A stretch of 34,383 nucleotides of DNA from Bigelowiella natans CCMP2755. Lineage: Eukaryota; Protista; Cercozoa. The stretch covers positions 1 through 34,383 of the forward strand of contig ADNK01002805.1 in the NCBI GenBank assembly GCA_000320545.1, in the 5' to 3' direction. Shown here one piece after another: positions 23,499-34,383 of the stretch; the stretch's first letter is position 1, and every line of letters starts with the position of its first letter. Both the position numbers and the translations under genes were made by a program. The notes under the pieces are model-generated. The model was given only the letters and a program-made list of their open reading frames with translations. It ran no database searches and was not told the origin of the DNA.

Positions 23499-23975
23499 CT
23501 AGGGATAGTATTTCTCAGCCTCCTCTTTTTCCTTCTGCTCATTGGTACACATCGTTCGTACAAAACATTGGAAGCAGCGTCAAGGTCTCAATCATAGATT
23601 CGAGTGGCAAGTGAACAAAGGAGCACCCAGTAGTCAAACCGCACAGATGTGTGGCGATCGCGGGACTTTCAGGACAAGAGCAAATGCCGCGAAAATACAA
23701 GAAAATATGACTCGATTCGTCCACAGCCAGCACAACGAGGTACCTTTCTCTCGTCTTTCTCTTTGATCCTTTGGACTCTCTCCTCCTCCTCCTCGCGCCG
23801 CCGCAGCTTCTCCTCTTGGGATTGCTGTGCAACGTGTAAACACGGGTGATGAAAGTATACGCACGAAAAACGCCATTATAATGGCATAGAGGAGCAGGGA
23901 AGAGTGGTCTCTAAAAACGAATGAAGAAAAAAAAGAAGAGGCCAAATATTGTTCATATATAATATTAAATATATT

Positions 23976-24008
<33 letters not shown>

Positions 24009-24504
24009 AGGGGAGAGAGAAGACGACCGCATCCTCCTCAGGGTTCTCGAGACTCTGCAACTTCTCTTCTAATTGTCGTAATGCTGCTTGTGGTGTAGAA
24101 TCATCTATCTGATCATCCTCTTTCAAGTCCTATCCGGATGTCGGTGAAAGAGGGCAAGAAGGGGGGAGGGGGGGGGGGGGGGGTGGAAAATTTAGTGAAT
24201 ATAGCACGTTTGTTACGAATGTGCTGGCGTTGTCATTTTTGTGAGATGGGATGGCCCGAGGCAACTTATGCTTAAGCACCACAGGTCGTCGTAAAGATGG
24301 CATTATTCCCATAGTGATGGCTATATCAAAGCAGCACGTGATGATGAGAGCCAGACAGTTCATCATTGAATGCACACACGATATGAGGAAAGGAAAGGGA
24401 GTAAGAGGAAGGCAGGATGAGGAAAGAGAGCTTTAATCATCGTTAACACCTCCAGCGTTTGGTTGGCATAAATGCGCTTCTTACGGCCGAAAATGCGAGC
24501 CTAT

Positions 24505-24553
<49 letters not shown>

Positions 24554-24657
24554 TTCCTTGATGAATTGCAGCAGGAAGAACAATCCTAATACTTTCCTCC
24601 CATTCTTGTAGATCTCCAAACCACCACGCTATTCATGTTAGCATCACCATCATCATC

Positions 24658-24688
<31 letters not shown>

Positions 24689-25083
24689 TCGGATTCTCAC
24701 CTCAACTGCCTGAGCCTTCTTCCCATCCGCCTCCGTTATCTAAGGGGTTTGCAGTATCATCGCCAAGTAACGTAAGTAACAACAGAAATATGAGAAAATA
24801 TTCACATCCGATATTCATCCGATGACATCTATCCCACGCGCATCATTACATCTCGATCAAATCCGAGGAAGTCGTAGAAGATCTTCTCCTTCTCATACGT
24901 CGCCTCAAAAGCGTCCACAGCTTCGGCTGATGGTAGATAGCAAGCGCAGCCATGCTGTCATTTGTTTGGCCACCGAAGGACATGGAAATGGGCTGTGTTT
25001 GGGTGCAGGAAGAAGCTCATTCGTTTGATAAATACCGTCATAATGATCGCGGATGAAGTCTCGATAGCCCTGTATTAACATAT

Positions 25084-25123
<40 letters not shown>

Positions 25124-25158
25124 CGTGTGCATCTCCAAGCACTCACTACTCTCATGAA

Positions 25159-25198
<40 letters not shown>

Positions 25199-25412
25199 CA
25201 TATTACGTTCACATCCATGCCAAGTATGCAGACTTACCAAAATATCATTATATTGCTCCATTTCCCCACTAGCCTGAAGCTCCTACAACACAGCAAAATA
25301 GTGTGTGTGTCTGTGTGTGTCTGTGTAGTCTTGTGTTTGTATGTGTGTGTTGTGTTTGTTTGCCTCTCCTTCTCCTAACCCCCCCGTTACATTTCTAACA
25401 ACACTAGCATTG

Positions 25413-25454
<42 letters not shown>

Positions 25455-25818
25455 TTGTACCCTGAGATATTGCTCGTAATTTCTGCGTGCTGCCTCCTTC
25501 GCCTCCTTGAAAGCTTGCGTGTTTCTGAAGCAAATGACCAGGAAAAGAGCCACGAGGACGATAATGTCCGCGCGGAAGTAGCCAGCATCAGGTTGACAAG
25601 ATGAAGGGGAGGGGAAGCGACAACAACGCGCTTGATTATAGCCCTGCGATTTCATCCTTCGCGAGGACGCATATGATCGGCCCCTCTCCATGTGCTGCTG
25701 CTACTACTTACCCTTCAATTTGATTAAGCAGAAGAATAGTGCTACAACACACCATTAAAGGGTACAAACAGGAGGCCCTTTCGAATCTGTATTTACCTAT
25801 AATGGCTCTCTTCCCTCA

Positions 25819-25905
<87 letters not shown>

Positions 25906-26021
25906 CACCTTGGCAGCACACGCTCGGTGGCGTTGTGAGCTTCTGGCCATTGCTTCGGCCACTGGTCCCACCCGTGCAGCATTTGTTTCTAGGAGAGGAG
26001 GAGGAGGAGGAGGAGGAGGAG

Positions 26022-26053
<32 letters not shown>

Positions 26054-26169
26054 AGAGGAAGAACAAAGAAGAAGACAACGACACAGACACGTAGAATAAT
26101 GTGGAAAACACAGTACACCTCATCACACTGTGCCAGGCAATATTAGCGATGACGACGATGATGATGATA

Positions 26170-26200
<31 letters not shown>

Positions 26201-26458
26201 CGACGGAAGGGTGGTAACGATGAGAACTCGGTTCTTCAAAATGATCCTTTGATCATCAATGTATATGTACATATATCCCCCCCTCCTTTCTCTCATTCTT
26301 TTTATTCACCACCGCACCTTTATGAAGCCATCTGCGCCCTTATCTACCATGTCTCGATTCAATGCTAATCCCATTGTAACGAGGGAGTGTGGGTTTGCGT
26401 TTGGTTTTTATTTGTAGTTGGGTGGGGGGGGGGTGGGGAGAGCGAGAGCGAGAGCGAG

Positions 26459-26508
<50 letters not shown>

Positions 26509-26755
26509 CAAAGAAAAGCCAGAATTATCATAAATACATTATCAATAGACTGAGAAGGGGCAAGACGATTGCACTTAATATATCGCATTATCGAACAAAT
26601 GCCGCCGTTTCTTCCCCCCACCCCCCATCCCCCCGCACATACTACTACCTTGCGACTCGCTTATCCCCAGAATGTATCTTGGTCGCGCTGTATCACCATC
26701 AGATGTTAGGAAGAATACCGCAAGTTTACAGCATTACTACCATCACCATCAACAC

Positions 26756-26787
<32 letters not shown>

Positions 26788-27738
26788 CCATCATTCATTA
26801 TAAATATCCCCATCATTATGAGTGATGAGCGCTCATACGGTATGAGGGTGTTCGTTTTGCCATCTTCACTATAGCGTCCATCAGCGTGTCCCCCTGGCAT
26901 TAGCGCCACCACGAAGAAAGGGGGGAGGGAGGGGAATACGTGCAGCGACATAATAGTGAGGGTGGGTGGGGACGGGTTGGTTATTAAAGAGGAAAGGAAG
27001 AGAGATAGAATGGAGGAGGAGGAGGAGGAGGAGGAGGAGGGGAGGGGGGGGATAGAGAATAGAAGCGCCCCTGTCCTTTAGTGCAGTGTCATGAGCATGC
27101 TTTCGCCTTAAATAAATGCGCTTCATCTGCTAGTAAAGTACGATAGTAACTGCTACTCCTCCTCATCCTCCTCCCTCTCCCCCCCCCTCCTCCAACATCC
27201 TTTTGGCTCGATATTATTCGGAGTGTTAGTTGTGAGCATGGTATTGTTTGTGTTTCTTGCCTCGTTGGGGTTGTCCACGTTAGTGATGTGCACGACGCTC
27301 ACACGGCTCATATCGACCTGAACAACATTGGAGATATGGTGGTGCAAAGGAGAGTATCAGAAAGAAGAAGAAGAAGAAGAATAAGAAGAAGCAAATATTT
27401 GAAGGTCAGATCGGCGAAGATACCCAGCGTTTTTCACACCGATTCAACAAGATAGGAGAGCCCGAAAAGGGGGGGGGGGGGGGGGGATACACAACACGAA
27501 AACACTCATATGCGAGTCAGAACGGATGCATAATCTTTATCCATGATCGCCTTCATGCATGCGTAATGCATATATCTGTCAGAGGGAAAATGCGCTTGTG
27601 TTTGATGTTATTTTGTGTTTGTGCGTGCTGGTGAACCGTACTTGTCCATAGAAGTCAATTTCAGGAATGAAAGGGCTGGCACGATTTCGCCTGATTATAC
27701 ATAACAATGAGACGATATATATATGTGTATAGTGTGCA

Positions 27739-27778
<40 letters not shown>

Positions 27779-29007
27779 ATTACATGTTAATAGGCTGCTC
27801 GAGTGGGCGTCCCAGCAACTCAGAGATATTATGTGACTGCGTTATGGCCACAACCTATCATGATGGGAAATAGGAAGAAGAAGAAGAAGAAGAAGAAGAG
27901 GAGAGGGAGGAAAACAACAAAATCAAAATGAGGAGGAGGATCTCAGAAGACGGCCGCAAAGGTCGGAAAACAGAACCAATAGAAGCGGGGGAAAGCTCAA
28001 CGCAATTGTCCCGAAACCACTGCATCTTTCTCGGAGTGGACTCAAAAAACATTGGCCGACGGCGCACTTCGCGCTAGGATAACGTCCTCCTCCTCCTCCT
28101 CCTCCTCCTCCTCCTCACCACCACAATACGCATTCATCACATACACCTCCACAGCTTGATGTTCTGTTCGATACACGACCTTTAGAGGGTTTGCATCCGA
28201 ATCTTGCCGGAGATCTCCTCGGTAGTTCATGCCCCAGAATACGCCTTCGTATGACCTGTGCAGTCGTGCATCAGCACAGCAAAATATGGAGGCACATCAA
28301 AGCTGATACCCAGTTGAAAGTAGTGGAAGCTGTGTGTGTGTGTGTGTGTGTGTGCGTGCGTAAGCGGGAATGCAAGATCGATGCTTGTGATCGTTGCTAT
28401 CTTCACTGTTTGATGCAGTTGCAAAGGGGGGCTGCTGCTACACACTTCCAAACTTCCAGAGCCGACGTCATCTGCACCGGAGGCTTCTTCACCTTGGAGG
28501 ATGTCTCTTCCTAAGAATTAGTGCGGTGGGCATTACTGTCATTAACCATCGCCATCAGCATCACCACCATAGCAAGGTAAAAAGACAAAACGAGGCATGT
28601 ACGCCTACTAGTCTAGTTTTTTAATTCGTCGGACCGCGTTAATGCGGAAACAGGGTCGCCTGTTGATCGGAGTTGTGCGAGCACGCATCAGAGACTGCGT
28701 CGTCCACTCTAAGAGGAAGGGAATGCCAATGACGACCGGGGACAAGAATAGCGTACGAGAAAGATGACAACTTGTTATTTATACACTGAGACGTCTAACA
28801 CAGTAATGCATTGTTTCTTCTGCTACCTTTCCCCGAAGACACGATGGGCCCTCCCCCGCGAGGTCTGCTCCTACTCCCCATTGTCGTCGCTGTGCTTAGT
28901 CGCCGGTGGGAGCTGCACGCCAATCCCGCCAGCATCCACACAATGCCCCCCCCCAAGACGACATGGTTCATGGTTCTGGCCTTGCACCACGATGGAGGCG
29001 CTGCCAT
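23499..29007 (-). CDS. Large multi-exon hypothetical protein with bipartite leader and charged coiled-coil C-terminus
   Basis: Exon 29007-28827 (hydrophobic VVLGGGIVWMLAGLAC, then Arg/Ser-rich). Later exons read EETSSKVKKPPVQMTSALEVWK|SYEGVFWGMNYRG.., REVRRRPMFFES, VVAITQSHNISELLG, PEIDFYGQ|VDMSRVSVVHITN, AFKEAKEAARRNYEQYLR|ELQASGEMEQYNDIL|GYRDFIRDHYD, ARIFGRKKRIY, DLKEDDQ..LEEKLQ, QSQEEKLRRREEEEE, KEKEEAEKYYP-stop. Frames between 25700 and 27150 are ambiguous, and some joins need GC donors or indels. This could be two genes. Confidence 0.6.
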
Positions 29008-29459
29008 TTTATACCGCACGAGATGCGAAACGGATGAACTCTGTCCCCACCCCAAAAGTTGCAAATGCAGTCAGGGTTTGTGAGCTCCCCTGGCTGGCTC
29101 GCTCGTGTGCTACTTCTTTTTCTTATCCCCGAAGAGAGCCCCGGAGATCCGGCAGTACATCCTTCGGAGTTTATGAGAGACAATCTTGCCATCTCGAGAC
29201 AATCTCTGAATTCCTCCGACGAACGCGCTGTGTCTTTGCGCGGAGAACATCGTAAACTCTCTCTTTCTTTGGCCATTTTTCGGGATATTCCTCGGGTAGG
29301 ACAGGGCCTAAAAAATGTTCCGATTGTGCGAGGCGAATTCCGTTCCGGGAAGCCATCGCCCATTTAAAAATTACATTTTATCGTAAAAACATCTTGTAAT
29401 TTTGGTCTAATAACGCTGGTGTCCTATGAGGTTACTTGCCATTAATTCTGCTGGACTGG

Positions 29460-30041
29460 ATGGCTGCTGCAGTGCCCCCCCACTCAAGGCCATCATGCCT
29501 GGCACTCCTCCTCACAGCCTCGTTCATGGCCACAAATAGCCATCCTACAGATTTAGACGGAAATGAATTTACTGCCAGCTTGTCTTCTTCATCGTGGAAT
29601 CGACACGGAATGAGAGCCAGCACTTTCCAGAGAAGGTAATCACCACCCATGAGAAATAGCACTGATCATGCATAGAGTTCGGCGTCCATTGACGTGTATC
29701 ACTTGAGTTGTGGAGCACGATCGAGGAAATCATCCGTCTCATGTAATGAACTTTCCCTCGTGCTGTTTGGCGGGAGATTTGGGCAACTATTCGCCCCCCC
29801 CCCCTCCCCCCCCTAAAAGTACCCTACCCTTGCGGTTACGTGAAGTCCTGTAAAGTTATACGAACATAGGGGTAATTAATAAAATATGGGAATTCACAGC
29901 CTCAGACCAGTAGACTTCGTACGGACGTCTCTTTGGCAGCATCTCAGAGGGGGGGGGCTACAAGGTGGTCATTGGTGGCGGTGGTGGCAGAAACGCAGCG
30001 TGTGGTGGGGGTTGGAACACAATACGTGACATCTACATAAG

Positions 30042-30082
<41 letters not shown>

Positions 30083-31320
30083 ACACTGACACTTACGTCC
30101 GAATAACAGCAAACGCAGTCAAAGTGCTGTTGGGCACATCAAATACGAACAGACACACATCACAACACCACGCATACAGGTAGCAAGGTTGAGGATGGAG
30201 ATGTTGTCGCCACTTCTGCGGCTTCTGCTGAGCACGAGCTCACGCACTCCATTTCCCAAATACAGCGTATGAAAAAGTCCGGAAGAAGAGGGCCATATGT
30301 AATAGGCGTGGCAGGTAGTAGCATTTATACACGCTCACGCACACGCACGCACACACACTTGCACATCTGATTGTATTACCCTGTCATTCTTTCTCATTTC
30401 GCGTGGTGGTGGTGTGGTTGCTGTTGTTGCTGTTCTTGTTGTCTTTGTTGAATACTTGCGCCGCGTGTGTTAGGAGGAACAGCAAGTGGTAAAACCACCG
30501 TGTGCAATACAATCATTAAGAAAATGGGGTTGTCTCCGGTAGTGATCCTCCCAATGGATAGGTGTGTGAGTAATAAGCAGCTAATATCCCTTCCTCTCCA
30601 CCTCTTCAGTTCTGCTGTATGTGTGATGTGCGTGCGTGTGTTTGACGTTCTGGCGATATATTTGCGACATGGCAGATTCTATCGGCAGCTGTCCAAACCT
30701 GAGATCGCAAATCTCCAGGTTGTGATGACCATTCTCTCCCCGTTGTTCTTCTTCTTCTTGTTGTTGTTGCTTCCGACATATGCTGCGTTTCATATGCGCT
30801 GCTCTATTTGTTATTCATTGTGGCAAACGTTGTCTCCATATATGTCACAGTCTTTTAGTTTCTTTCGAGTTTATTTCCTGAAATAATTAACTCTTACTCT
30901 TACCGCTCATCATATATCATATTTTTTGCTGTGCTCATCATCTTGCGCTCCCCCCTCCCTTCCACAATTCCGCATTCAGAACCACAACTTTGACCACCCA
31001 GAGGCTTTTGATTGGAAGCTGTTTCGAAACACGCTCGACGGGTCGCCCCGCAAATGAATAAATGCTATCTCCCCTCCCCTATCTATATATGCGCGTGTGC
31101 TGGTGGCGGACTTCCAGAAACAATAATAACAGGGGTTTTACTACTTCAGATTGGTTGCTCGCAAAAACGTGAAAGTGCCAAGATACGATTTCAAGGTAGT
31201 AGTACTCAGCAGTAGCAGAAGTGGGAGAAGAAGAAGAAGAAGAAGTAGTAGTAGTAAGTCTCGACGTGGCAGAGGAGGAGGAGGAGGAGGAGGAGGAGGA
31301 GGAGGAGTTCTTTTGATATT

Positions 31321-31357
<37 letters not shown>

Positions 31358-31680
31358 TATATGATTTATATAATATGCACGATTGCACACTGTGTTTGAT
31401 ATCAGACGCATAGGCGTGAGAACGTGAGCGACAACTTCGTTGCTGCAGATGTCGTTATTGTGGAAGGTACTACGCAGCCTCCTCTTCTCCTAGAATCAGC
31501 ACGTTCATTACGAATGAAAAGGGGGAAATGCAAACTGCTGTGGTTTGGTCAAATATAACAAGTACTACTACTATCTCAGGGATCTTGGTGCTGTACGACA
31601 AGCAGATTCGAAAGCACATGGTATCATGCGTTTATTGCTACTTTCTTTCATCTCTCAAATCATTCATTTTATCATAATGT

Positions 31681-31750
<70 letters not shown>

Positions 31751-31853
31751 GTATGTGCGCGCGTGCGCTAGGATTTTGAAGATATTTGTCGATAGTGTGT
31801 GTGTGTGTGTGTGTGTGCAAGAAGGTAAGAGCATAGAAGCGCCAATACACCAA

Positions 31854-31889
<36 letters not shown>

Positions 31890-32841
31890 TGTGTGTGTGT
31901 GTATGTGTGTGTGTGTGTGTCAATGAGTGCGCGAGATTTTGAGCTTTTTGCTGAAGATTACAGTGCACAGTGAGGAGGATGAAAATGGCAATGATGACGA
32001 TGATTTCGAGAATCGCCTTGACAATGCTGCTGCCAATATGATTGCGAACAAATAGCAACAACAACAATACCTACAACAACGACAGCCCTCATCTTCACCA
32101 TCTTCATCATCTTCATCATCATCATCATCAACAACAACAACACTCAATCAATAGAATACAACGAGATACGAAATCAAGAGGCCGCACAGTGGACGACATC
32201 CTAGACCAGTACATAAGAACGGTAGTAGTACTAGTAGTAGTACTACTACTAGTAGTAGTACTAGTAGTAGTACTAGTAGTAGTACTAGTAGTAGTTGTAG
32301 TACCTGTAGCGGAAGTAGCAGTACTACCACTACTACTACTGCTACTACTACCACCACCTCGACTACCATGATCGTATTACTCAAACAATGCTTTGCTGGC
32401 TGCTGCTGCTACTGCTTGTAAGGATGATGGCGGTGGTGATAATGGTGATGGTGTTTTTACAGAAATGCCTTTCTTGTTATCGAATACGAGTAATGATGAT
32501 AATGGTGCGAACAGGTAAAGCAGTCGTACGAGGACTTTGTGCATCCGACGAAGCGTTATGCTGACATCGTCCTGCCAAGGGGGGGGAGCAACACAGTCGC
32601 CATAAAGCTGATGGTGGAGCACATAAGAACACAGCTCACAGAACGGTAGCAGAGAGAAAGATGGAGAGACGAAGAAGATGGAAGATAGAAGAAGAAGAGA
32701 GCAACCGTTGGGAACCACCACGAATGCTGTATGGTGACAGTGATGATGATGATGATGATGATGATGATAATTATTATATTATTTGTATTTTTTGCTAGCA
32801 ATTATTTATCATTTTCCAGCGCCATTGTATCCCCAGATTAA
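29460..32841 (+). CDS. UCK: Uridine(-cytidine) kinase with bipartite targeting leader, no UPRT domain
   Basis: Exons 29460-29635; 29900-29964; 30180-30314 PYVIGVAG; 30474-30561 GTASGKTT (P-loop)..LPMD; 30676-30718 FYRQL; 30980-31041 NFDHPEAFD; 31150-31195 VPRYDFK; 31406-31466 DVVIVEG; 31580-31620; 31772-31824 (corrupted KIFVD..ARR); 32155-32221 IQRD..RGR; from 32515 PTKRYADIVLPRG. Stop at 32649, or at 32841 via a final small exon. Confidence 0.93.
31679..31748. repeat. (TA)n microsatellite, representative of dozens of mostly intronic SSRs
   Basis: Long TA run. Similar (GT)n, (GA)n, (TA)n, (CAT)n, (TAG)n and (GGA)n tracts occur in most introns, for example 250-276, 559-592, 2463-2516, 12851-12919, 25822-25900 and 32222-32345. 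Confidence 0.95.
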
Positions 32842-33277
32842 TAATAGCTGACACTTGAAATCAACCGATGCGTTGTGCATGCTTCCTGCACACAAATCAT
32901 AGGGGTATTGAAACGCACGACAGCAAAGACTGCAACGGCGGCTAAGCATAACAACGACGTACTATAACGCATCATCGGCCTATTTCAAGCGATGCTAGAA
33001 ATCCATATCATCATCATCATCATCATCATCATCATTCTTCTCTCGCGACTAGTGACATTATTCAGGCGGCAATATAAACAATAAAAATCATTAAGATCAC
33101 TTTATTGCGCGTATCGCTACGGCACACTGCAAGTAGTTCGGTCATTGCTATGTTCAAGAAAATATTTTTAAAAAACCGCAAATTGGATCGTCCTGCTCGG
33201 AAATATGTGCCATCCGTTTTTTGCCTACTTCACGCCGCAAATCGGTCAATATTAGGTATTTGCTGTTTCACATTAAT

Positions 33278-33331
<54 letters not shown>

Positions 33332-33350
33332 TTGTACAAGACGACATAAA

Positions 33351-33610
33351 GTCTAAGCTTCAGTACTCATAGCGCAAACATCATGCTAGCATGGCTTGAT
33401 ATATGAGACGTATTTAATATAATGAATATGTTAGATTTGTTCAATTGCCGTCATATTCATTATGTATGTAGCAATTCAAAGTCTAAGCTTCAGTACTCAT
33501 AGCGCAAACATCATGCTAGCATGGCTTGATATATGAGACGTATTTAATATAATGAATATGTTAGATTTGTTCAATTGCCGTCATATTCATTATGTATGTA
33601 GCAATTCAAA
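33351..33610. repeat. 130-bp perfect direct tandem duplication
   Basis: gtctaagcttcagtactc...gtagcaattcaaa occurs at 33351-33480 and again at 33481-33610. Confidence 0.95.
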
Positions 33611-34212
33611 GCTTCGTATATATACATGGCTAGATTGGCGTCACGCGCAGTAAACATCAATGACAAACACAAACCACTTGCTTTGATAACTAGATAATCA
33701 GCAACGCTAGCTAGCTAGAACGGCCATCTAGTTAGCAAATCACATATATCAATCTAGAAAGCATTCTACTTCATGACCGCGTTGCTGCACAAGTTATTGC
33801 AACGTGTAGATATGGATAATGGCACCGCTCGCTGCGCTACGCATTAGATGACACTCAGCCATCCAAGCATGTAGCCGCGTGGCGAAGTTTCGGCACGTTG
33901 TTATAACATAAATGCTCCTGGTAATATTTGACTTGCTGTGGCGCATTGCTTAGTCTTCACGAAAATGCCATGTATGTAACCAGCATAGCGAGATAGCCTT
34001 CTAGCCTTCATGTACAGTTTGACTGCAAGCAATTGTTTGCTAGGTGAAAAGATCGTATATCTGTACATGCTAGACATATATGTTTACATTGTGGTCATCA
34101 TTGCATCTTCTCCTAGACATTCCGAGCATCGACGTGCAACCGTGCATGCGGTACTATCTTCGCTGCATAATGATATTACGCACGTCGCCCCTAATAATTT
34201 GAGCACAACGCT

Positions 34213-34275
34213 TCACGAGACGGAGGACATTTTCCTGAGACTTTCCACGGTCTTGTTGATCGATTCCACCCATTT
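34213..34275 (-). CDS. Probable terminal exon of a gene entering from the right edge (PH-domain C-terminal helix-like)
   Basis: After tacag: KWVESINKTVESLRKMSSVS-stop. The W..SI pattern resembles the final PH-domain helix. Very short evidence. Confidence 0.35.
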   Translation of the reverse strand, partial: KWVESINKTVESLRKMSSVS

Positions 34276-34383
34276 CTGTACACCGGGGGTAGTGGGGGGG
34301 GGGGGGAGGGGCACATGTGATCTCATGAAAGGCTGTATCGAGCACACTTTGCCGCTCCTACTGTGTCACCACCACTCGCTTTC

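Noticed and set aside
851-33356. Many short ORFs rich in YIYI, HTHT, RERE, CVCV or poly-I/M/H
   Set aside because: They are translations of mostly intronic microsatellites, not genes.
1-34383. tRNA, rRNA, snoRNA or transposon genes
   Set aside because: No cloverleaf, rRNA-like segment, terminal inverted repeat, LTR or transposase/RT motif was recognised by eye. Small ncRNAs could have been missed without a covariance-model search.

Overview
Eukaryotic nuclear DNA with many short GT-AG introns, most of them filled with microsatellites. Most entries in the ORF track are repeat-derived artefacts. Hand-splicing gives about 11 genes on strictly alternating strands: (-) a tRNA 2'-phosphotransferase (Tpt1/KptA) with an internal SAM-like insert, apparently fused to an ERI-1-type DEDDh exonuclease that runs off the left edge; (+) a CCCH zinc-finger gene; (-) a DEP-domain protein; (+) an IMPACT/YigZ protein; (-) a small single-TM protein; (+) an intronless SERGT1/HPAT-like glycosyltransferase; (-) an intronless GNAT acetyltransferase with an N-terminal acylation motif; (+) a helical protein resembling FANCC along its length; (-) a large hypothetical protein; (+) a uridine kinase; (-) the last exon of a gene at the right edge. 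Four proteins have signal peptide + Arg/Ser-rich leaders with an xRGG motif, pointing to an alga with a complex plastid (chlorarachniophyte-like; inference only). Several 1-nt frameshifts in homopolymers suggest consensus errors. All family assignments come from motif recognition, not database searches.
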